DNA from: a virus
Taxonomy: Duplodnaviria > Caudoviricetes
Strand: one strand, 5' to 3'
IMG/VR virus record: IMGVR_UViG_3300010224_000022
Coordinates: 1-43,216 of that record
Length of the DNA stretch: 43,216 nt
Shown: piece after piece, positions 1 to 7,248 of the stretch
Numbering within the stretch: the stretch's first letter is position 1
Layout of the letters: each line of letters opens with the position of its first letter
Notes under the pieces: generated by a model
The model's database searches: none
Told to the model about the DNA's origin: nothing
The model's input: the letters and a program-made list of their open reading frames with translations, nothing else
Made by a program: the position numbers and the translations under genes

Positions 1-55
1 GCTGCGCCAGCACCTCTTCAAGAAGGACGAAAACCCCGACCTGGTCGACCAGGTG
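1..55 (+). repeat. 55-bp exact direct repeat, copy 1 (copy 2 at 37494-37548)
   Basis: gctgcgccagcacctcttcaagaaggacgaaaaccccgacctggtcgaccaggtg is identical at both sites; sequences diverge at base 56 (accga vs cagga). Confidence 0.95.
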
Positions 56-388
56 ACCGAGGGCGACGGCCTGACCGTGCTGCGCTACCCGAAGATGGGC
101 GCCATCAAATGGGACTGGGAGGCGACCGGCTACACCGCAGAGGTGGATTACGGCCTGGGCGGCGAGAGCAACATCGTGCTGCACGACGTGAAGGTCGACC
201 ACTTCACGATCGAGGCGATGAACGGCGGTTCGGTGGCGATCACCTTCCGCATCACCGCGCACCCGGAAGCGGACGACGTCGGCAAGCTGTGCGAATTCAT
301 CCAGCGCGACATCGAGCTGGTGCTGACGCCGCCGGAGGTGAAGACCGCCGACGACCTGTTCCCGCCCAGCATGGCGAAGGCGGCGTGA
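2..388 (+). CDS. Conserved phage hypothetical protein, 5'-truncated at window edge; paralog of 37354..37881
   Basis: Frame LRQHLFKKDENPDLVDQV...GDGLTVLRYPKMGAIKWDWE aligns with the C-terminal part of the 175-aa ORF at 37354. Confidence 0.85.
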   Translation: MRQHLFKKDENPDLVDQVTEGDGLTVLRYPKMGAIKWDWEATGYTAEVDYGLGGESNIVLHDVKVDHFTIEAMNGGSVAITFRITAHPEADDVGKLCEFIQRDIELVLTPPEVKTADDLFPPSMAKAA

Positions 389-390
389 TC

Positions 391-783
391 ATGGTGGCGC
401 GCAATCCCAGCCTCATCCCGGGCGGCCACACCGCTGACCAGATCGCGCGCCGCGATGCCGCGATCGAGCGCCTCCGCGAGCTGCTGGCCGAGAAGCCGCT
501 GTCCCGCGCTGAGCTGGCCGTAGCGCTAGGCATGCCCACGCGCACCGTGTACGGCTACCTGTGCAGCCTGCAGGAGGTCGGCGAGGTCTACCAGATGGAC
601 CACAAGGACGAGAAGGGCCGTGCGGTCTGGGCGCTCGAGGAAGACCCTCAGCAGGCCGGCGTGTCGCGGGCGGCGGCCGAGCACCAGAAGCGCGCCTGGA
701 TCGTGCCGGCGCGCCAGATTGGCATGCACCGCCACTGGATGGACGTGGCCCTGTTTGGGCCGGCGCCAGGAGCTGCGACATGA
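391..783 (+). CDS. Winged-HTH DNA-binding protein (130 aa)
   Basis: ATG at 391, 2 nt after the previous stop; LSRAELAVALGMPTRTVYGYLCSL is HTH-like. Confidence 0.7.
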   Translation: MVARNPSLIPGGHTADQIARRDAAIERLRELLAEKPLSRAELAVALGMPTRTVYGYLCSLQEVGEVYQMDHKDEKGRAVWALEEDPQQAGVSRAAAEHQKRAWIVPARQIGMHRHWMDVALFGPAPGAAT

Positions 784-986
784 GCGCGCTGACGTGGACC
801 GACGCCGCCACGGTGCTGCCCGACGATGACGTCCTGGTGCTGATCGCGCTGGACGGTGGCGAGGTCTGGCCGGCGGTGCGCGACTACGGCCGCTGGATCT
901 ACGTCAGCGGCGCGGAGGTGCGGCAACACGTGACCCATTGGATGCACCTGCCGGCGGCGCCGGCCGCAGGTAAGAATAACGACTAA
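780..986 (+). CDS. Small phage protein, DUF551-like
   Basis: ATGA overlap; W...LPDDD..VL...VTHWMHLPAAP pattern typical of DUF551. Confidence 0.7.
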   Translation: MSALTWTDAATVLPDDDVLVLIALDGGEVWPAVRDYGRWIYVSGAEVRQHVTHWMHLPAAPAAGKNND

Positions 987-997
987 GGAAAACACGA

Positions 998-2911
998 ATG
1001 CCCCGCGACACCTTCACCCAAGAATTCACTCACTTCCATTTCTGCTGCGGCATCGGCGGCGGCGCCAAGGGCTTCAACAAGGCGAACCCCCGCGTGGGCG
1101 CCATGTCCGCGCGCTTCCGCTGCCTGGGCGGCGTCGACGTCTCGCCGGCCGCCATCCGCGACTTCAACCGAATCGCCGGCGTGCCAGGCACCGTCATGGA
1201 CCTGTTCAGCCGCGACCAGTACACCGCTTTCCACGGAAAGGAACCGCCGCCGACCTGGCGCGAGATGGGCCCAGCCGACATCCGGCGCGCCGCCGGCAAC
1301 GAGCGTCCGAACGTCGTGTTCATCAGCAGCCCGTGCAAGGGCGCCTCGGGTTTGCTGTCCGAGACGATGAGCCTGACGCCGAAGTACCAGGCCCTGAACG
1401 CGCTCACCCTGCGCTGCATCTGGCTGATGGCCGAGGCCTGGGCGGATGATCCGGTCGACCTGATCGTCTTCGAGAACGTGCCGCGGCTGGCGACGCGCGG
1501 CCGGCACCTGCTGGACCAGATCAACCAGGTGCTGCAGCGCTACGGCTACGCCGTGGCCGAGACCACGCACGACTGCGGCGAGCTGGGCGGCCTGGCCCAG
1601 AGCCGCAAGCGCTTCCTGCTGGTGGCGCGGCACGCTGAGAAGGTGCCGCCATTCCTGTACGAGCCGGAGAAGAAGCGCCTGCGCGCCGTCGGCGACGTGC
1701 TGGGCCGCATGCCGTTCCCGGGCGACGAGGCCGCCGGCCCGATGCATCGCATTCCGCGCCTGCAGTGGAAGACCTGGGTGCGCCTGGCCTTCGTGGAAGC
1801 CGGCAGCGACTGGCGCAGCCTGAACCGCCTGGCGGTGGAGAACGGGCATCTCAGCGAATACCTGATCGTGCCGGAAATGCACCGCGGCGTGCTGGGCGTG
1901 CGCGACTGGAGCGAGCCGTCGGGCACCGTCACCGGCAACAGCCGCCCGATGACCGGCGCATTTTCGGTGGCCGATCCTCGCCACATGGGCCCGGCCAAGC
2001 ACAGCAACGAGCTGCGCGTCGGCACTTGGGAGGAAGCCGCGCGCGTGGTCTCCGGCGCCCACGGCACGGGCCAGTGCATAGCGGATCCGCGCTACTCGAA
2101 CAGCGGCGACTACGGCCAGCTCGGCGTGCGCAGCTGGAATGAGCCGACCGGCACGATCACCGCGCAGCGTTCGCCGATACAGGGCGGCTTTTCGGTGGCC
2201 GACCCGCGCACGTCGGGCGAACGTCACGGCAACGTCTATCGCATCGTGGCCTGGGACCAGGCCGGCGGCACTGTGACGGCTGACTTCAAACCGACCAGCG
2301 GTGGCGGCGTGGCCGACCCGCGGTCGACCAGCAGCTTCGACGGCGCTGGCAAGTATCTGGTCACACCGTTCGACCAGCCGGCCGGCACCGTTATCGCCGC
2401 CAGCACCACCGGCCAGGGAGCCTTCGCCGTTGCTGACCCGCGCACTAGCCTGAACACCCGCCAGCAAGGCGACGCCTATCTGACCGGCGGCCACTATGGC
2501 GTGGTGCCGTGGGATTCGCCCAGCGGTGCCGTGAGCGCGGCCGCGCGCCAGGACAACGGCCGCTGGTCGGTTGCGGATCCTCGCATTGATGCGCTGCCGG
2601 CGCCGGACCAGAAGACCGTCGCCATCATCCGTGCGCTCGACGGAACCTGGCACCGGCCGTTCACCACGCTGGAGCTGGCTGCTCTGCAGTCGCTGATCGA
2701 GCCAGAGGAATACCTGCTGCTGGACGGGATGAGCGACAGCGTGTGGCGCGAGCACATCGGCAACCTGGTGCCGCCGGATGCTGCTACCGCGATCGCGGAA
2801 GTGATGGGGGCGACGCTGCTGCTGGCCGGCGCCGGCGAAACCTTCGTGCTGAGCGCGACGCCAATCTGGGTGCGCAACGTCGCGCTGGCGCTGACCCTGC
2901 CTTCGGCCTGA
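998..2911 (+). CDS. DNA (cytosine-5)-methyltransferase with expanded repeat-containing variable region (637 aa)
   Basis: Motif I FCCGIGG, motif IV SPCKG, motif VI FENV, motif VIII QSRKR, C-terminal RPFTTLELAALQS and IGNLVPP (motifs IX/X); RBS aagga. Confidence 0.9.
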   Translation: MPRDTFTQEFTHFHFCCGIGGGAKGFNKANPRVGAMSARFRCLGGVDVSPAAIRDFNRIAGVPGTVMDLFSRDQYTAFHGKEPPPTWREMGPADIRRAAGNERPNVVFISSPCKGASGLLSETMSLTPKYQALNALTLRCIWLMAEAWADDPVDLIVFENVPRLATRGRHLLDQINQVLQRYGYAVAETTHDCGELGGLAQSRKRFLLVARHAEKVPPFLYEPEKKRLRAVGDVLGRMPFPGDEAAGPMHRIPRLQWKTWVRLAFVEAGSDWRSLNRLAVENGHLSEYLIVPEMHRGVLGVRDWSEPSGTVTGNSRPMTGAFSVADPRHMGPAKHSNELRVGTWEEAARVVSGAHGTGQCIADPRYSNSGDYGQLGVRSWNEPTGTITAQRSPIQGGFSVADPRTSGERHGNVYRIVAWDQAGGTVTADFKPTSGGGVADPRSTSSFDGAGKYLVTPFDQPAGTVIAASTTGQGAFAVADPRTSLNTRQQGDAYLTGGHYGVVPWDSPSGAVSAAARQDNGRWSVADPRIDALPAPDQKTVAIIRALDGTWHRPFTTLELAALQSLIEPEEYLLLDGMSDSVWREHIGNLVPPDAATAIAEVMGATLLLAGAGETFVLSATPIWVRNVALALTLPSA

Positions 2912-2943
2912 GTGCCAAATCTGGCACTTTTTGAAAGGACACC

Positions 2944-3366
2944 ATGGACAAGAACACCGACATCCTGCACGAAGCGAAGCGCCTGCGACTGCTGGCCGCC
3001 GCGCTCGAGCTGCAGCACTACACCAGCACCGCGGCGAACCTGGTGCCGATCCCAGGCGGGGAGCGGGTGATCGCGATCGGCACGCCGGCAGAGGTTGCGG
3101 CGCTGCTGCAAATCGGCCCGGCGCCGGACGAGCTGATCCGCCTGGGCTCGCAGATGGCGAACGTGATGTTCAACTTGAAGCATAAGGCCAATGAGCCGCT
3201 GACGGAAGCCGCCTGCGTGATGCTGAGCGACCTGCAGGGGAAGTGGGACGACGCGCTGCGCAGTTACCGCGACGCGGCCATGCAGCAGCTGGTCGACCAG
3301 ACGCAGGAGCTGGGCGGGTACGATCTGGCCGGCGCCACCGACAGCGAGGGCGGCCACCATGACTGA
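2944..3366 (+). CDS. Phage hypothetical protein; N-terminus shared with 40764..41396
   Basis: RBS aagga; AANLVPIPGGERVIAIGTPAEV matches ASNIIPIPGGDRVIAIGTPAQV in arm B. Confidence 0.75.
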   Translation: MDKNTDILHEAKRLRLLAAALELQHYTSTAANLVPIPGGERVIAIGTPAEVAALLQIGPAPDELIRLGSQMANVMFNLKHKANEPLTEAACVMLSDLQGKWDDALRSYRDAAMQQLVDQTQELGGYDLAGATDSEGGHHD

Positions 3367-3988
3367 ACGCGGCATCCTCTTCAGCGGCGCCATGGTCCGC
3401 GCATTGCTCGACGGCACGAAGACCCAGACTCGGCGGGCGCTGAAGCGTCAGCCGTGGGCATCCTGCTCGATCGAGGAAGGGCACGATGGTGAGTCGCCTT
3501 TCGTCTACTCGGCCCTCGGCGGCGCTGGCCCTGGGTATGACGTCGAGGAATCGCGGACGCCTTGCCGCTGCCCCTACGGCCAGCCCGGCGACCGCCTGTG
3601 GGTGCGCGAGACCTGGGCACAGCCGACGACCCTAGATCCGGGCCCGACCTTCTACCGCGCCGATTATCCGGCGTGCGCGGCCGGATACACGAACTTGCCG
3701 CCGGTCGACGAAATCACGTGGAAGCCATCGATCCACATGTTCAGGAAGGACAGCCGCATCCTGCTGGAGATCACCGGCGTGCGCGTCGAGCGGCTGCAGG
3801 ACATCAGCGAGGCAGACGCGGTGGCCGAGGGTTGGCAGCGTCGCCCTGAAGTCTCGGAAGATCCGCAGGTGCATGCCGATGCGGCGCGCGACTGGTACAT
3901 GGATCTTTGGGAGCAGATCAACGGCACCGACAGCTGGGCGGCGAATCCTTGGGTGTGGGTGGTCGAGTTCCGGAGGATCGAATCGTGA
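3359..3988 (+). CDS. ASCH/PUA-like phage protein
   Basis: ILFSGAMVRALLDGTKTQTRR, CPYGQPGDRLWVRETW, WKPSIHM, RVERLQDISEADAVAEG, NPWVWVVEF are hallmarks of this phage family. Confidence 0.8.
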   Translation: MTERGILFSGAMVRALLDGTKTQTRRALKRQPWASCSIEEGHDGESPFVYSALGGAGPGYDVEESRTPCRCPYGQPGDRLWVRETWAQPTTLDPGPTFYRADYPACAAGYTNLPPVDEITWKPSIHMFRKDSRILLEITGVRVERLQDISEADAVAEGWQRRPEVSEDPQVHADAARDWYMDLWEQINGTDSWAANPWVWVVEFRRIES

Positions 3989-4158
3989 AAGAACGAAAAA
4001 TCACGCGCCGCAAGGGCGGCCTGCTCGACTCGCGGGTCGATGATCGGCGCCGGCCGGCGTACGAGCGCCGCGGCACGGTGCCGGCCGTGCCGCCGCTGCC
4101 GCTGGAAGTGCAGCTGCACGGAGAGCGCCGTGTGTTGCCGAATGCTGGATTGGAATAG
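3985..4158 (+). CDS. Small Arg-rich phage protein (57 aa); homolog of 41526..41705
   Basis: GTGA overlap, RBS ggagg; DRRRPAYERRGTVP shared with DRRRPRYERRGTVP in arm B. Confidence 0.65.
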   Translation: MKERKITRRKGGLLDSRVDDRRRPAYERRGTVPAVPPLPLEVQLHGERRVLPNAGLE

Positions 4159-4167
4159 GGAGGGAAC

Positions 4168-4392
4168 ATGCATGTGACGAACAGCGAGGGACCCAAGATG
4201 GGCAACATGGCGATTTACGTAGAATGGGTGCTATTGCCCCTGTTCTGCACCCTGACCGGCTATACCGAGAAGGCCGTCCGCCGGAAGATCGAGGACGGCG
4301 TCTGGCTGCAGGGGAAACATTGGAAGAAGGTGTCCGGACGGATTCACCTGAGCATGGAGGCGTACAACAAATGGGTGGAGCAGGCGGAGTAG
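4168..4392 (+). CDS. xis: Excisionase (recombination directionality factor)
   Basis: FCTLTGYTEKAVRRKIEDGVWLQGKHWKK...YNKWVE, overlapping the integrase start; exact start uncertain (4168/4198/4207). Confidence 0.8.
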   Translation: MHVTNSEGPKMGNMAIYVEWVLLPLFCTLTGYTEKAVRRKIEDGVWLQGKHWKKVSGRIHLSMEAYNKWVEQAE

Positions 4393-5555
4393 AGCTGCGC
4401 GACAAGAGCATCAGGATCCGGTTCGAATGGCGGGGAAAGCAGCGGAAGGAGACGCTGTACATCGACGAGGAGCCGATGGCCCCGACCCCGGCCAATGCGA
4501 AATACGCGAAGCGCCTGGTCGCCGAGATCAGGCAGAAGATCGGCAACGGGACGTTCAACTATGCCGAGTACTTCCCGAAGTCGCCGCACGCGGACGAGCC
4601 GGAAGAGGGCGTCCCGATGCTGCACGACGTCATGGATAAGTTCGTCGAAACCTACGCCGGCAAGGCTTCGACGAAGGGGCAATACGAAACCCGCATCAAC
4701 AACTTCTGGAAGAAAGCATTGCCAAATCAGCCGATCGGAGAGGTCAGCTATTCGGACATCCTTACCGCCCTGAACAGCGGTACCTGGAAGAGCGGCAAGA
4801 GCCGCAACAACGAACTTTCCCTCATCAACGGCGTGTTCGAGTTCGCGTGCCTGGACAAGCTGATCAAGGAAAATCCCTGTTCGGAGGTGAAGCGGGCCGG
4901 CTACCAGAAGCCGCCGCCCGATCCGTTCGACCTGGGCGAGGTTCACGCGATCCTGAAGCACCTGCGCGAACACCGCCCGGAGCAGGTCCTGAACTTCGTC
5001 CAGGTCATGTTCTTCACCGGCCTGCGCACGTCGGAAGGGATTGCGCTGCGCTGGGGCGACATCGACTTCCGCAAGCGCGAGGTGCTGATCGATGGCGCCA
5101 ACGTGTACGACGAGGAATCGGACACCACGAAGACCTACGAACCGCGGGTGGTGAAGCTGAACGGCATGGCGATCGAGGCACTGCAGCGGCAGAAGGCCCA
5201 CACGTTTCTAGCCGGCGAGCACGTGTTCCACGACCCGAAGACCGGCGAGCCGTGGACCTACGTGAAGATCACCGATGTGCGGTCGTTCTGGAAGGCCACG
5301 TTGACGAAAGTCGGGATCCGCTACCGGCGTCCGTATAATATGCGCCACACCTACGCCACCATGGGCCTGATGAGCGGGGTGAAGCCAGGGTTCATGGCCG
5401 GGCAGATGGGACACAGCCTGCGGATGTTCTTCACGGTGTACGCGAAATGGATCAGCGGCGCCGACGACGACCGCGAGATGGCGAAGCTGGAGCAGGCGAT
5501 AACGAAGTCCGGGGAATTTCCCGGGGAATTACAGGGGAAATCAAGGGAAGCTTAG
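4371..5555 (+). CDS. int: Tyrosine integrase A with N-terminal arm-binding domain
   Basis: FTGLRTSE, YNMRHTYA, QMGHS...VYAKW catalytic motifs; start at 4371 chosen from RBS ggagg and alignment with integrase B. Confidence 0.95.
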   Translation: MGGAGGVELRDKSIRIRFEWRGKQRKETLYIDEEPMAPTPANAKYAKRLVAEIRQKIGNGTFNYAEYFPKSPHADEPEEGVPMLHDVMDKFVETYAGKASTKGQYETRINNFWKKALPNQPIGEVSYSDILTALNSGTWKSGKSRNNELSLINGVFEFACLDKLIKENPCSEVKRAGYQKPPPDPFDLGEVHAILKHLREHRPEQVLNFVQVMFFTGLRTSEGIALRWGDIDFRKREVLIDGANVYDEESDTTKTYEPRVVKLNGMAIEALQRQKAHTFLAGEHVFHDPKTGEPWTYVKITDVRSFWKATLTKVGIRYRRPYNMRHTYATMGLMSGVKPGFMAGQMGHSLRMFFTVYAKWISGADDDREMAKLEQAITKSGEFPGELQGKSREA

Positions 5556-5610
5556 GGGGCGCTCTCCTATGGACGAAGCCCCCAGCATCCCCTACAATAC
5601 CCAAAGCGGA

Positions 5611-5654
5611 AGGTTCATAGCCTATCGGGGGTTCGAATCCCCCTCTCTCCGCCA
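5611..5654 (+). other. att core = 3' half of a tRNA-Ser (variable arm, T-arm, acceptor strand, CCA); not a complete tRNA
   Basis: aggttcatagcctatcgggggttcgaatccccctctctccgcca: long variable arm, GTTCGAATC T-loop, G discriminator plus CCA; 5' half absent. Confidence 0.85.
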
Positions 5655-5660
5655 GAATAC

Positions 5661-5689
5661 AAAAGCCCTTGAATTTCAAGGGCTTTTTT
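5661..5689. terminator. Rho-independent terminator (likely bidirectional) supplied to the reconstituted tRNA
   Basis: aaaagcccttgaa-t-ttcaagggcttttttc inverted repeat with T-tract, 6 nt after CCA. Confidence 0.8.
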
Positions 5690-5804
5690 CATTTCTGGAC
5701 CGATCCCGTTAAGGCGGGTTCGACAGCTGGGGAATTCGTGGGGAATTTTCGGCACTTTTGACCCGGGTCACCGGGCACCTGCGGGTGGTCGGTATCGTGC
5801 ACGC

Positions 5805-6008
5805 ATGACAACCGACCGCAAGAATTCCGACCTCGCCCTCGCCGTCGACCTCGCCCTGGTGCTGGCCAAGTCCCAGGGAGTCCGGCGCGCTGCCGCGTTC
5901 CTGCAGGCGCGCGGCGCCGGATTTGTGCTTACCTGCCGGGTGCTGGCTGAGCCGGCGCGGCGGCGGGCTCTAGTAGACCTGGCGGAATCACCACCTTGCC
6001 GTCGATGA
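5805..6008 (+). CDS. Small hypothetical protein (67 aa) next to attP
   Basis: ATG ORF filling the gap between attP and the lysis cassette; no recognisable motif. Confidence 0.45.
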   Translation: MTTDRKNSDLALAVDLALVLAKSQGVRRAAAFLQARGAGFVLTCRVLAEPARRRALVDLAESPPCRR

Positions 6009-6056
6009 CCTGGACGACCAGGTAGGCCCCGCGCGGCGTGAGCACGTGCAGATCCA

Positions 6057-6581
6057 TCAAGCCTTGGTGATCTGGGCGATGGTAGCGTCCTTGATCTGCG
6101 AGCTGCGCGAGCTGCCGAATTCGAACTGGTGGGCATCGCGCAGGCAGGCACCGAAGATGCCCGAGATCGCCGACAGCAGGCCGACCACCTCGCCGGGCAG
6201 CTTCTCCCGGTACAGCACCAGCACCAGCAGGCAGGCGATCAGGCCCAGAACATCGAGCGCCACCATCACATCGGCGCGGCGGTTGCCGAAGCCGGCCTTA
6301 TGCAGCTCAATGTCGCGCGAGCGAGCGTTCTGTACGTCAGCCAGGAACGCCTTCGTCAGGTCGGCATCGTTCGCCATGGCTGCCTGCTGGAACTCCAGCA
6401 CCTTGGCCGGGTCGGCCTTCAGCACCTCCAGCGCGGCATCGCCCGTGGGCGCCCCGGTGACCGTCTTGGCGATGTCGATCACCTTGCCGGCGACGTCGGC
6501 CGCCTTGTCGCTGCCTGTAAAGAATTTGATCAGGGATGGCGCGAATTGGGCCAGTGTGAGGGCGAGGGTAACGGGTTCCAT
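6057..6581 (-). CDS. Holin-like membrane protein
   Basis: Follows endolysin; two C-terminal TM segments followed by FEFGSSRSSQIK. Confidence 0.65.
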   Translation of the reverse strand: MEPVTLALTLAQFAPSLIKFFTGSDKAADVAGKVIDIAKTVTGAPTGDAALEVLKADPAKVLEFQQAAMANDADLTKAFLADVQNARSRDIELHKAGFGNRRADVMVALDVLGLIACLLVLVLYREKLPGEVVGLLSAISGIFGACLRDAHQFEFGSSRSSQIKDATIAQITKA

Positions 6582-6997
6582 CAGAATTCTCCTTTGCGCA
6601 TCAGTTCAGACAAACGTTTGGCTCTATCGCCAACCTGCTTTGCCCACTTCGAATCGAGCATTTCCAGCGCGGCGGCATCGTAGCGGCAGGCCTGCATCAG
6701 GTTGAGCGTTTGCTTGAACCCGAGCACGCGCTTGATGCCCATGTTGAAGGTCATGTTGGCCAACGCCTGCTGGCGGGCCTCGGACATCTGGCGCCACCAG
6801 GGGAGGTGTTTGTCCAGGTCTGATTCGGCGATGACGATGTCGTTCTTGAGCATCAGGTCGATCTCGTCGTCGCTGAACGGGCGGTCGGTGAGGTTGCGGC
6901 CAACACCACCAGTCCATTTTCCTTCGGTGTCGAGGTAGATCAGTGCGCGGCGTCCCTCGTCGATCGTGAGCTGTGCTGCCAGTTTTTTGCGGTCCAT
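6581..6997 (-). CDS. Endolysin, T4-lysozyme-like muramidase (GH24)
   Basis: DEGRRALIYLDTEGKWTGGVGRNL (E-x8-D-x5-T triad), NMTFNMG, LDSKWAKQVGDRA. Confidence 0.9.
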   Translation of the reverse strand: MDRKKLAAQLTIDEGRRALIYLDTEGKWTGGVGRNLTDRPFSDDEIDLMLKNDIVIAESDLDKHLPWWRQMSEARQQALANMTFNMGIKRVLGFKQTLNLMQACRYDAAALEMLDSKWAKQVGDRAKRLSELMRKGEF

Positions 6998-6999
6998 GT

Positions 7000-7248
7000 T
7001 TAAACTTTCGGCATGTGGGAAACCAGCCAGGTCAGGCCGCTGCCGATTGAGCCGGCAGCGCCACCGATAAGCATCAGGGTGCGCCAGCCGCCGCGGGCTT
7101 CGGCGAGCTGGGCCAGCACCCTGTCCAGCTTTTCGTTCTGCTGCGCGTTGGTGGACCGAAGTTCTGCCATCCCGGTTTTCAGGTATTCGACCTCAGTCTG
7201 GATGACCGCGATGGCGACGGCGTTTTGTTGTGCTGTAGCGTTGTCCAT
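7000..7248 (-). CDS. Small coiled-coil plus C-terminal TM protein (XhlA/holin-like, 82 aa)
   Basis: Start MDNATAQQ overlaps tailspike stop; amphipathic helix then hydrophobic C-terminus. Confidence 0.65.
   Translation of the reverse strand: MDNATAQQNAVAIAVIQTEVEYLKTGMAELRSTNAQQNEKLDRVLAQLAEARGGWRTLMLIGGAAGSIGSGLTWLVSHMPKV

Larger units (their letters stand above)
5511..5750. other. attP of phage A: tRNA-derived core flanked on both sides by GGGGAA(T/A)T arm-type repeats
   Basis: Repeats at 5511, 5523, 5534 (left) and 5729, 5740 (right), spaced 11-12 bp; core 5611-5654; phage genes on both sides. Confidence 0.75.

Noticed and set aside
983-2755. 590-aa minus-strand ORF
   Set aside because: Antisense shadow of the methyltransferase in GC-rich DNA; no motifs
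4224-4370. N-terminal extension of integrase A given by the ORF track
   Set aside because: Lies within xis; the ATG at 4371 has an RBS and aligns with the integrase B start
5581-5654. Intact tRNA-Ser gene
   Set aside because: Only the variable arm, T-arm and 3' acceptor strand are present; no 5' acceptor strand or D-arm upstream, so it is an att core
5511-5750. Simple attR boundary between two tandem prophages
   Set aside because: Arm repeats lie on both sides of the core, phage lysis genes follow directly, and no ssrA-type att is seen here; attP fits better, though not proven
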